Positions 17,819-26,760 of a DNA stretch of 64,000 bases are shown in pieces. Each line of letters opens with the position of its first letter. Positions within the stretch are counted from its first letter, which is position 1. The position numbers were made by a program, and so were the translations under genes. The stretch is from Sedimentisphaerales bacterium (GTDB lineage: Bacteria > Planctomycetota > Phycisphaerae > Sedimentisphaerales > Anaerobacaceae), in contig OY970194.1 of the NCBI GenBank assembly GCA_963708075.1, positions 2,976,001 to 3,040,000 on the forward strand, written 5' to 3'. Below the pieces are notes generated by a model that was not told where the DNA came from, ran no database searches, and saw only the letters and a list, made by a program, of their open reading frames with translations.

Positions 17819-20800
17819 ATGATGAGAAGCACAAAGCGGGAAAGGGCGGCCTTGGTGGGCTGCGCAATCGTTTTGCTATTGAGCGTGCAGTTCACCGCGG
17901 CACCGGCCAACGGCGTTTCCCTGGTGATCAACGAGGTCATGGCCTCCAACGGGGCAACCAAAGCCGACCCGCAGGGCCAGTACGACGACTGGATCGAGGT
18001 CTACAATTATGGAGATACTCCCATCGACCTGGGCGGCATGCACCTGACCGACGATCCAAACGACCCGGAGAAGTGGCAGATTCCGACCGGTAATGCGACT
18101 CTGACCACCGTTGCCCCGAAAGGATATCTGCTGATCTGGGCAGACACGAATATCAAGGACCAGGGCTTGCACGCCGGCTTCAAGCTCGATGCCGGCGGCG
18201 AGGATCTTGCCCTGTTTGACACGGACGGCACAACCCTGATCGACAGCATGAGTTTCCCGGAGCAGGCCCGTGACATCTCCTACGGGCGCTACCCCGATGC
18301 CAACGACACGTGGCAGTTCTTCGGCGTTGCCACCCCCGGAGCAGCCAATCAGGCCGGCTTCCTGGGAGTGGTCGGGGAGGTCCAGTTCAGCCAGAAGCAC
18401 GGCTTCTACAATGAGCCGGTCTCCGTCGCTCTAACCACTGAAACGCCGGATGCGGCGATTTACTACACTCTCAATGGGGATACGCCGGGCCAGATGGTGG
18501 GACGCAACCTGTCGGGGACACTCTACGCGGGTCCGCTCACCATCAGCAAGACCTCCTGTCTGCGAGCCGTGGCGATCAGGCAGGAATGGAAACCATCCGC
18601 CGTGACGACTCAGACCTACATCTTCGTAAGTGATGTAGTGAAGCAATCGCCCACCGGCGCCAAGCCCGGGGCGGACTGGCCCAATCCATCCACAGGCGGT
18701 GGCGGCGGCTGGCCGGGCGGAGGGGGCGGCGGTGGCGCCCAAGTCATCGACTATGGCATGGACCCGGACGTCGTGAACGATGCGCGGTATAAGGACCTCG
18801 TGGACGATGCCCTGCTGTCGATTCCGTCGATCTCGATTGTGACGCCTCTCGCGAATCTGTTCAATGCGAGCACGGGGATCTACGTGAACGCGACGCAGGA
18901 CGGGTCGGAGTGGGAGCGGCCGTGCTCCGTTGAGCTGATCTATCCGGATGGGACCGAGGGCTTCCAAGTCGATGTGGGCCTGCGGATTCGGGGAGGCTAC
19001 GGCCGCCAGGGCAGCAACGCCAAGCACGGTTTCCGCCTGTTCTTCCGGCCCGAGCTGCGCTATCCCCTGTTCGAGGATGAAGGGATCGACACCTTCGAGA
19101 AGGTGGACCTGCGAACCGAGCAGAACTACTCCTGGGCCTTCAAGGGCAGCCAGGGCGACGACAACGGCAGCAAGAACACCATGTTGCGGGAGGTCTTCTC
19201 CCGCGACCTGCAGGGCGCCACGGGCCAGCCCTATACGAGGAGTCGCTACTACCATCTTTACATCGACGGCCAGTATTGGGGCGTCTACCAGACGCAGGAA
19301 CGTTCCGAGGCGCGGTACGCCGCATCGTATTTCGGGGGCGACGTCGAAGACTATGACGTGGCCAAAGTCGATTCAGGACCCGGAATGCCCTATACGATGT
19401 ACACGACGGACGGCACCATGGACGCGTACAACCGGCTGTGGGATGCGGCCGCAAAAGGCTTCGCCACGGATGCGGCCTACTACCGCGTGCAGGGACTCAA
19501 CCCTGATGGCACGCGCAATCCCGCCTACGAGCGGCTCGTCGACGTCGATAACCTTATCGACTACATGCTCTGCACGTTCTACGCCGGCGACATCGACGGG
19601 CCGGTTCCGAATTTCCTCCAGAACACCCGGCCAAACAATTTCTACGCCGTCTACAACCGCACGAATCCCGACGGCTGGAAGTTCTTCCGGCACGATTGCG
19701 AGCATACCCTCTTCAACGTCAATGAGAATCGCACGGGCCCCTACTCCTGCGGACAGCAGAGACAGTACTTCAATCCGCAGTGGCTGCACCAGCAACTGAC
19801 GGCCAATGCCGAGTACAAGATGCGTTTCGCCGATCACGTGTATAAGCACTTTTTCAACGACGGCGTCATGACCCCGCAAGCCGCCGCTCACCTCCTGTCC
19901 GCCCGCAAGGATGCCATCGACTTGGCGATCATCGCGGAATCCGCCCGCTGGGGCGATGCCAAGGTTTCCAAGCCGCGAACGAAGGACGATGACTGGCTCC
20001 CCCAGGTCCGCTTGCTGCTCAATGATTATCTTCCCAAGCGGACGGACATCGTTCTCGGGCAGTTCAAAACCAAGAACTGGTACCCGGCCATCGACGCGCC
20101 GAGCTTCAATCAGCATGGCGGGGCCGTGAGCAATGGCTTCGCCCTGACGATGACTGCGCCCTTCGGTGACATCTATTACACGCTCGACGGCACGGACCCC
20201 CGCCTGCCGGGCGGTGCGATCAATACCGCGCACGCAACAAAATACACCGGGCCTGTCACCCTAACAGAGTCCACGCGTGTCAGGGCACGTGTGCTCTTCG
20301 GCATGTGGAGCGCGATTTACGACGCCGTCTTTGCCGTGGGCCCGGTGGCTGAGAGTCTTCGGATCAGTGAGATCATGTATCACCCGGCCAGTACAGGCAG
20401 TCCGGATGATCCAAATACCGAGTACATCGAGCTGACCAACATCGGCACCGAGACGATCAATCTCAACATGGTGCGCTTCACCAACGGAATCGACTTCACC
20501 TTCCCCGATATCGAGTTGGCCCCCGGCAGCTATTGCCTCGTGGTCAAAGACACCACCGCCTTCACAGCCAAGTATAGCTCGACCTTGCCTGTCGCGGGTC
20601 AGTACACAGGCAGTCTGGCTAACGACGGTGAGAGAATCGAGATGGTGGACGCCATCGGCGCAACGATTCACAACTTCCGGTACGAAGACGCTTGGTACGA
20701 CCGCACCGACGGCGACGGCTACTCCCTAACCATCGTCAACCCAGCCAACCCCGACTTGGAGACCTGGTCCCAGCAGACCGCCTGGCACGCCAGCACGCAC

Positions 20801-20839
20801 AAGAACGGCTCCCCTGGAACAGGCGATGCGACCCCGTAA
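17819..20839 (+). CDS. Secreted CotH kinase-family protein with lamin-tail (LTD) and FN3-like domains
   Basis: Signal peptide; INEVMASN..DDWIE and ISEIMYHP..EYIEL LTDs; IYYTLDG; CotH-like NFY..HDCEH, IIAESARWGD. Confidence 0.85.
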   Translation: MMRSTKRERAALVGCAIVLLLSVQFTAAPANGVSLVINEVMASNGATKADPQGQYDDWIEVYNYGDTPIDLGGMHLTDDPNDPEKWQIPTGNATLTTVAPKGYLLIWADTNIKDQGLHAGFKLDAGGEDLALFDTDGTTLIDSMSFPEQARDISYGRYPDANDTWQFFGVATPGAANQAGFLGVVGEVQFSQKHGFYNEPVSVALTTETPDAAIYYTLNGDTPGQMVGRNLSGTLYAGPLTISKTSCLRAVAIRQEWKPSAVTTQTYIFVSDVVKQSPTGAKPGADWPNPSTGGGGGWPGGGGGGGAQVIDYGMDPDVVNDARYKDLVDDALLSIPSISIVTPLANLFNASTGIYVNATQDGSEWERPCSVELIYPDGTEGFQVDVGLRIRGGYGRQGSNAKHGFRLFFRPELRYPLFEDEGIDTFEKVDLRTEQNYSWAFKGSQGDDNGSKNTMLREVFSRDLQGATGQPYTRSRYYHLYIDGQYWGVYQTQERSEARYAASYFGGDVEDYDVAKVDSGPGMPYTMYTTDGTMDAYNRLWDAAAKGFATDAAYYRVQGLNPDGTRNPAYERLVDVDNLIDYMLCTFYAGDIDGPVPNFLQNTRPNNFYAVYNRTNPDGWKFFRHDCEHTLFNVNENRTGPYSCGQQRQYFNPQWLHQQLTANAEYKMRFADHVYKHFFNDGVMTPQAAAHLLSARKDAIDLAIIAESARWGDAKVSKPRTKDDDWLPQVRLLLNDYLPKRTDIVLGQFKTKNWYPAIDAPSFNQHGGAVSNGFALTMTAPFGDIYYTLDGTDPRLPGGAINTAHATKYTGPVTLTESTRVRARVLFGMWSAIYDAVFAVGPVAESLRISEIMYHPASTGSPDDPNTEYIELTNIGTETINLNMVRFTNGIDFTFPDIELAPGSYCLVVKDTTAFTAKYSSTLPVAGQYTGSLANDGERIEMVDAIGATIHNFRYEDAWYDRTDGDGYSLTIVNPANPDLETWSQQTAWHASTHKNGSPGTGDATP

Positions 20840-20872
20840 ACCGCCAGCAGCATCGAACTGCGGCGCAGTGAA

Positions 20873-21313
20873 TCAGCCGGTGGCACAGTCTCTTTTCTTC
20901 GTCGTCTGCACAACCGAGACGTATCCGCAGGCGGCTGCCCCGGCGATCCAATAGAATACGATGGACGGGAGGTAAAACAGACCTATGCTCCCTTCGGCAT
21001 CTCCACCAAAGTAGGCTACAGCGCCACGGGAATTCAAGCTGATCGTGACGACGAGACTCGCGCCGATGGCGACTGTGTACGCTGTGCCCAGGATGAGCAA
21101 TCTACCCCAGTGCTTGCTGTTCGACCAGAGCCTCAGCCGCCATTCGCACAGATTCAAAAGGACGGCGACGCCCAGCACAAAGCCAAAGGGGATGAAATAG
21201 ACCAGGTATGATGACAGGTAGCCCTGCAAAGGGTACGAGAAGACGTGCAGGAAGAAGGAGAGCAATATCCACCATATCATAATGACCAGGTGCTTAGCGG
21301 GTCCCCGCAGCAT
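20873..21313 (-). CDS. Hypothetical membrane protein (about 4 TM)
   Basis: AAGGAG RBS before ATG 21313; several hydrophobic segments; lower GC. Confidence 0.6.
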   Translation of the reverse strand: MLRGPAKHLVIMIWWILLSFFLHVFSYPLQGYLSSYLVYFIPFGFVLGVAVLLNLCEWRLRLWSNSKHWGRLLILGTAYTVAIGASLVVTISLNSRGAVAYFGGDAEGSIGLFYLPSIVFYWIAGAAACGYVSVVQTTKKRDCATG

Positions 21314-21574
21314 TCGGTTTCTCCTTAAACTGAACAACGAGCAAGTTCACATCGGCACTTGGCTCGAACCATCTGCCTTGGACATGGCACTGATCTTATC
21401 GCCGTCCATCAGGTGAATCAACACGGATAGTGCGCCGAAGACAGCACTGTTGGAGAATCTTCTTCTGTCTCGTTCAAGTCTTTCCGGTCTGAAGCCGCAC
21501 GCACCCGCAACGAGCCGATGTGCGGACCCGCCGAATTTGAAAAATCGTGGCGCACGATTCACCCGTGAATCGGC

Positions 21575-21603
21575 TTGTCCTCGACGCCCAGGATGGCCAT
21601 AAT
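21575..21603 (+). promoter_or_regulatory. Putative sigma70 promoter for sulfatase-nitroreductase operon
   Basis: TTGTCC-17-CATAAT. Confidence 0.45.
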
Positions 21604-21665
21604 GTCATTAGCCGAGACAACAGTGGGCTCGGAGATTGGAGGATCTTATGGATCGGAGGACATCT

Positions 21666-23103
21666 ATGTCGAATGCGATTACGAGACGGCAGTTGATGGG
21701 GGCGGGAGCAGCGGGGTTGTGCGCGCTGGCGGTTGGCGCGAAGCTGCAGGCGGCGGAGAGTAGGAGGCGGCCCAATGTCTTGATCATCACTACGGACCAG
21801 CAGCGCGTCGATGCGATGAGCGCGGTGGGCAACAAGTGGGTCAAGACACCCAACATGGATTCCCTCGCAGCCAACGGGGTGTATTTCACGAACTCGTACA
21901 CCCCCTATCCGTTGTGTAGTCCGGCGAGGGCGGCCCTGCACGCCGGCCGGCCGCCGCATGAGATCGGCGTGGATCACAACAGCATGGCGGTCGATTCGAA
22001 AATCCCCCTCTCCGGCCAGGTCTTCCGCGAGGCCGGCTACGACACCGGCTACGCGGGCAAGTGGCATTGCCCGGAAGTGTATCCGACCGAAGGCATCGCC
22101 GGCTATGACAGCCTCAACACCACCACGCGGGTGGGCAAGCTGGCGCAGGTCGTGGACGAGGGGACGATGAATGCCGCCGTCGAGTTCATTCGGCGTAAGC
22201 GAGAGAAGCCGTTCATAGCCGTCGCGTCGTTCATCAACCCGCACGACATCTGCCTGCCCGCGGGCGGGGACAGCCCGATTCTCGATCAGGTATGGCAGCG
22301 GTATCAGCCGCCGGCCGGGACCGAGTTGCCGCCGCTGCCCGCGAACTTCGGGGACACCGAAGGTCTGCCGGAGGGATTCGCTCGCAAACCCCGGCACGAT
22401 GGGTGGGACGAGAATCAGTGGCGAAAGTACATCTATGCGTATTATCGCATGGTGGAGGATGTGGACCGGCAGATCGGGCTCGTGCTGCAAGCGCTGCGTG
22501 AGAGTGGACAGGAGAACAACACGATCGTCGTATTCACCAGCGATCACGGCGAAGGTCTGGCCTCGCACCGCTGGACCGGTAAGATGATGTATTACCAGGA
22601 GGAGGCCGCGGTGCCGCTGATCGTGTCGTGGAAAGGCGTGACACCCGCCGGACGAATCGACCGCGAGCACCTGGTCTCGGCGCTGGACGTGCTGCCGACG
22701 ATCTGCGATTACGCAGGCGTGAAAGGTCCGGCGATCATGCGAGGCAAGAGCCTCAAGCCCATCATCGAGAAGCCACAGCAGTCCGGGCATGAGTATGTCG
22801 TCTCGGAAATGGCCAACGGTCCCGCGCAGCTTCATGGTGCGGACGAAGCAGTACAAGTACATGGTCTTCCCCGTCGCGACCGGCCCGAAACAGGAGATGT
22901 TTTTCGATATGCAGGCCGACCCCGGCGAGATGAAGAACCTCGTCGCCCAGCCGGCACTCGCGAAGGAGATCGAGCGACATCGCAAGCTGCTCGCGGACTG
23001 GAACAAGCTCACCGAGGAATCCAGCCACCCGATTCAGCCCGCACCCAAAGCCCAGAGAACCAAGGCTCAGAAAGACAAGGCGAGGCAGAAGAAGAAGAGA
23101 TGA
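21666..23103 (+). CDS. Tat-exported sulfatase with apparent frameshift near 22825
   Basis: TRRQLM Tat motif, TDQQR, CSPAR (CxPxR), GKWH, SDHGE; C-terminus RSFMVRTKQYKY..FDMQADPGEMKNL in next frame. Confidence 0.88.
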
Positions 23104-23116
23104 GAAGGAGAATCTG

Positions 23117-23830
23117 ATGAATCGCAGAACGTTCATGAAGACGATGCCGGCTCTGGCAATGCTGGCCGGCCCGGTCACAGCACGCGCCGCCGCGACGAGT
23201 GCCCCCGCCGGGACTGTCCAGGATTTGCAGCCGATCACCCTGCCCAAACACGAAACCGACGGCGGCAAATCCGTGCTGGCGGCCCTGCAGGAACGAAGGA
23301 CAAACCGCAACATCAGCGATAAGCCCCTGCCGATGCAGACGCTGTCGAATCTGCTCTGGGCCGCCTTCGGGGTCAACCGCGAGCAAGGGTCATTCGGCAA
23401 GCCCGGGAGAACCGCCCCATCCGCCAGCAACTCGCAGGAGATGGATTTGTACGTCGCCCTGCCCGAGGGCGTCTATCTCTACGAGGCAGTCCCCCACCGC
23501 CTGACCCCAATCGTCCCCGGCGACTTCCGCGCGAGGTCCGGTCGGGGCGCTGCGGCCAAAGCCCCGGTGAACATCTTCTACGTCGTGGACCTGACCCGAT
23601 ACGACACAGGACCGAGCCAGCCCGACCGCAGGATTGGCGACCCCGAAATCCAGAAATCGTATTACTATGTCGCGGTCGGTCTGATCGCCCAGAACATCTA
23701 CCTGTTCGCGGCATCGCAGGGCTTGGCCGCCTGGTTCCACAACTGCAACAAGGACGACACCGCCAAAGAGTTCAGACTCCGCCCCCAGCAGCGAGTCCTC
23801 TTCGCTCAAACCATAGGCTACCCGGCGTGA
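23117..23830 (+). CDS. Tat-exported nitroreductase family protein
   Basis: NRRTF; ALQERRTNR, LSNLLWAAFG, RTAPSASN, IAQNIYLFAASQGL. Confidence 0.85.
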   Translation: MNRRTFMKTMPALAMLAGPVTARAAATSAPAGTVQDLQPITLPKHETDGGKSVLAALQERRTNRNISDKPLPMQTLSNLLWAAFGVNREQGSFGKPGRTAPSASNSQEMDLYVALPEGVYLYEAVPHRLTPIVPGDFRARSGRGAAAKAPVNIFYVVDLTRYDTGPSQPDRRIGDPEIQKSYYYVAVGLIAQNIYLFAASQGLAAWFHNCNKDDTAKEFRLRPQQRVLFAQTIGYPA

Positions 23831-23944
23831 CAAGTACTACAAGACTCGACTGTGCTCTAACTCGCGGCACTGGCTTCCTATTACCTTCCTTAGCCAGCCT
23901 GGCTACAATACCTTCTGGTGCGATGAACAGAACATTGGGACTCT

Positions 23945-24682
23945 ATGTCAGACCATGACTTTCACAACCGGCTATTCCTCTCCAGCGTTCCGCTTGTTCG
24001 CTTGGACAAAGCACACAAGCCGGTGGGTTTTGCGTCAGGTTGTCTGGTCGATTATCATGGTCATCGGATTCTGCTTACGGTGTCTCACGCGACTGGAGAT
24101 CAAGGTAACTGGGCCATTCAGCTTCGGTACATTCCCGGCAAGGGCGCTGCGTTGTACCAGCTGGGAGCAATGTACTTCCTTGAGACAGGCTCATTAGCAG
24201 ATCTTCGAGTCAAGGAAGTCGATTTCTCCTATGTCGAGGTACCGAGTGAGCTTTGTGCGTACAGACAAGAGGTGGCGTCTCTTGCCACGATCAAATCGGA
24301 GATCCCAATAACAGTCCACAATATGAGCTTCGAAGAAGTGCCGCAGTGCGGCGTAAGCTACGGTTTCTGCGGCATCGTCTTTCCAACCTATGAAGAGCAT
24401 TTTGGACAGTTTTGTGTCGGCGGAGAGCCTCGCGTCTACTCCGGCCTAACCTATCTGCGAACTGAGGATGACTACCACGTGTTCTCTCTACCATTTGAGC
24501 ATCCGGGGCACAAGCACTTCGAAGGCTGCAGTGGTGCGCCAGTGGTAAGCGAGCATGGAGGGATTGTAGGCCTTGTGTGCGGAGGCGATGAGAAAACGAA
24601 GGAGGTTTGGGCGGTGTCCACCAACACATACAAAGTGGTAATCGACGTACTCATAGGTAATATAGCACAGGCGCCCACGTGA
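23945..24682 (+). CDS. Trypsin-like serine protease domain protein (no signal peptide)
   Basis: LTVSHA (His), VDFS (Asp), GCSGAPV (Ser) triad-like motifs; lower GC. Confidence 0.65.
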   Translation: MSDHDFHNRLFLSSVPLVRLDKAHKPVGFASGCLVDYHGHRILLTVSHATGDQGNWAIQLRYIPGKGAALYQLGAMYFLETGSLADLRVKEVDFSYVEVPSELCAYRQEVASLATIKSEIPITVHNMSFEEVPQCGVSYGFCGIVFPTYEEHFGQFCVGGEPRVYSGLTYLRTEDDYHVFSLPFEHPGHKHFEGCSGAPVVSEHGGIVGLVCGGDEKTKEVWAVSTNTYKVVIDVLIGNIAQAPT

Positions 24683-24721
24683 TAGAGTGTTGAGGTGTCT
24701 TGTCTAAATAGGAGTTGGTAT

Positions 24722-25144
24722 ATGCCAGATGAGAATCCGATCACTCAAGGGCTGATGTTCCTCGGCGAAAGATTACTTTCGATATCTGATACGCTTGCCA
24801 AATCAAAGCGAGAGAAAAGGGACCGCATTGCGGACTACTGTGAGAGAATTGGCGACACCCTATCTCGTGCTTTCAAGGACTTGGACCGTGGCATTGTCCC
24901 TCACGGCTTGTGTGCTGAGATGGACCACTACATGAGAGACCTCAGGGCCGTCCTAGCGGATACCCTCTCGGCAAACGAGTACGATGATCTCCGAGGCGCG
25001 CTTCAGGTCGCCTATGAGGTCGAACATATTGATCGTGAGTTTCCTGGTCCCCAAAGGTCTGGATCTAAGTATGCGGAACTGGATATCGCGGCTGGCAAGT
25101 TCAGGGCAACGGCAGGAAAAATCCGCGCAACACGACGGACATAG
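24722..25144 (+). CDS. Hypothetical alpha-helical protein
   Basis: AGGAG RBS before ATG 24722; clean ORF. Confidence 0.6.
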   Translation: MPDENPITQGLMFLGERLLSISDTLAKSKREKRDRIADYCERIGDTLSRAFKDLDRGIVPHGLCAEMDHYMRDLRAVLADTLSANEYDDLRGALQVAYEVEHIDREFPGPQRSGSKYAELDIAAGKFRATAGKIRATRRT

Positions 25145-25203
25145 GAAAAGAGGCAAGGCATGAGAGGTGGAATGTCTTCTTTCCCTCCTGGAGGCGACCG
25201 TCG

Positions 25204-25386
25204 ATGAGGAAGAATGAAATACTCGAAGAGGTCTGGCGCAATCGGGACGAGTTCGCCAGAGAGCACAATTATGATCTTGATGCGATGGTGGCTGCGCTCC
25301 AAGAGATGGAGAAGCATCCACTCACGAAGGTAGTGAATCGCCGTCGGAGAAAGCCGGGCAAGGCCGCCAAGAAGCAGAAACGCTGA
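25204..25386 (+). CDS. Small hypothetical protein resembling those encoded beside PIN-domain toxins
   Basis: GGAGG RBS; ILEEVWRNRDEFAREHNYDLDAM pattern. Confidence 0.6.
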   Translation: MRKNEILEEVWRNRDEFAREHNYDLDAMVAALQEMEKHPLTKVVNRRRRKPGKAAKKQKR

Positions 25387-25433
25387 TTCTCTTTGCGCCG
25401 ACAAGGCTCGGGGTAGAGCCGGAATGCAGCGGC

Positions 25434-26441
25434 TTACAGGATTGTGCCCGTGAACTCCCTGACTAGTTTCAGGGTGTCGCCGCTGTCCGCCATTTCGAAC
25501 ATTCGGGGGCGGACGGCGGGGCCGTTGGGGGCGTGCAGGACCATCATCAACGTGCCGTCGAAGGTCGTGAAGAGCATGCCGTGGCCGCCGTCTTCCGAGA
25601 AGAGGGGTTCGGCCTGCTGGGTCCAGGGGCCGGCCAGTTTGCCTGAATCAGAGATGGCAATGCCCTCGGTGTAGCCGCCCTTCCCGTAGCCGGCCCAGAT
25701 CATGTACAGCTTGCCGGTCTTGCCCTTGTGGAGGAACGGGGCGTCGGTGACGTAGTTGCCGTGGGCCTTGCCCATCAGGTTCCAGGGGGTCTCGCTGGCG
25801 CGGAACAGGACGGTCGGTTCGCTGACGGTCTCCGACAGGTCGTCCTTGAGGCGAACGTACTCGATCGAGCCGTTGGTGATCTGCACCCACTCGTGGCAGA
25901 AGACCATGCAGGGCACGCCGTCTTCGACCCAGAGCGTGCCGTCGAGTGTCATCATGTCCGGCGGCAGCGTCGAGCGGCTCACGAAGGGCTTGAACGGGCC
26001 CGTCGGCGAGTCGCCGGCCAGCACCTGCGAGCCGCGAGTCACACGAGGCAGCCAGTTGCGCCACTGCTCGGGGAACTGGTGGCGCGTGTCGAACGTCAGG
26101 AACAGATAGTACTTACCCTTGTAGGCGTGCAGCTCGGGCGCCCAGATGCCGACGACGGGGATGTCGCCCCATATGTCCGCCGGCGGATCGAAGATCGTCT
26201 GAGGCCCCTGCCAGGTCGCCAAGTCGGTGCTGGTGTATGCCCGCACGCTCCTGCGAGCCGAACCAATCATATAGTAAGTCTTCGAACTCTGGTCGGCCAG
26301 GATGCAGGGGTCGCGCATCCGGATGTCCGCCAGCTTGACAGGGCCTGTCGTCGGCGACGCCGCCGGCTGCGCTTGGGCCACGGTAGACAAGCCAAGCACC
26401 ATCAGAACGTGAAGACTACATCTTCCGAATGCCGTGTCCAT
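25434..26441 (-). CDS. Glycoside hydrolase family 43
   Basis: Signal peptide; MRDPCIL, IWAPELH, TLDGTL, DGGHGM. Confidence 0.9.
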   Translation of the reverse strand: MDTAFGRCSLHVLMVLGLSTVAQAQPAASPTTGPVKLADIRMRDPCILADQSSKTYYMIGSARRSVRAYTSTDLATWQGPQTIFDPPADIWGDIPVVGIWAPELHAYKGKYYLFLTFDTRHQFPEQWRNWLPRVTRGSQVLAGDSPTGPFKPFVSRSTLPPDMMTLDGTLWVEDGVPCMVFCHEWVQITNGSIEYVRLKDDLSETVSEPTVLFRASETPWNLMGKAHGNYVTDAPFLHKGKTGKLYMIWAGYGKGGYTEGIAISDSGKLAGPWTQQAEPLFSEDGGHGMLFTTFDGTLMMVLHAPNGPAVRPRMFEMADSGDTLKLVREFTGTIL

Positions 26442-26760
26442 ATCTTGTCCTCCCACGCGGACTGATCTTCAAACGCCTTGTTCGGCACTAATGCGCCATC
26501 ATAGCCGCGTGCAGAGCCGCTTGGCAAGCAGGCTTCGTCACGACACAGGTGAGGCAAAGAACGAACGGATGCTGAGCATGTCCGCCGATGTACATAGGAG
26601 TGGGCAGACTGCGCTCAGATAAGAATGACAGACCAGAGACCGGGCACGAACGGAACATCGAAAAGCGGAGGCCGGAGACCGTGGAATTGGACGCGCACAG
26701 CATCCAATAAGTTGTCCACAGTCCCCGGCCTACACACTAATGGCTATTGATCGCCGGAGC

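Noticed and set aside
23045..23052. Additional GAGAACC sites as hidden frameshifts (also near 23407, 31693, 40334)
   Set aside because: Reading frames and conserved motifs continue through them
20840..25430. Integron cassettes for the lower-GC ORFs
   Set aside because: No paired RYYYAAC/GTTRRRY attC structures found and no integrase
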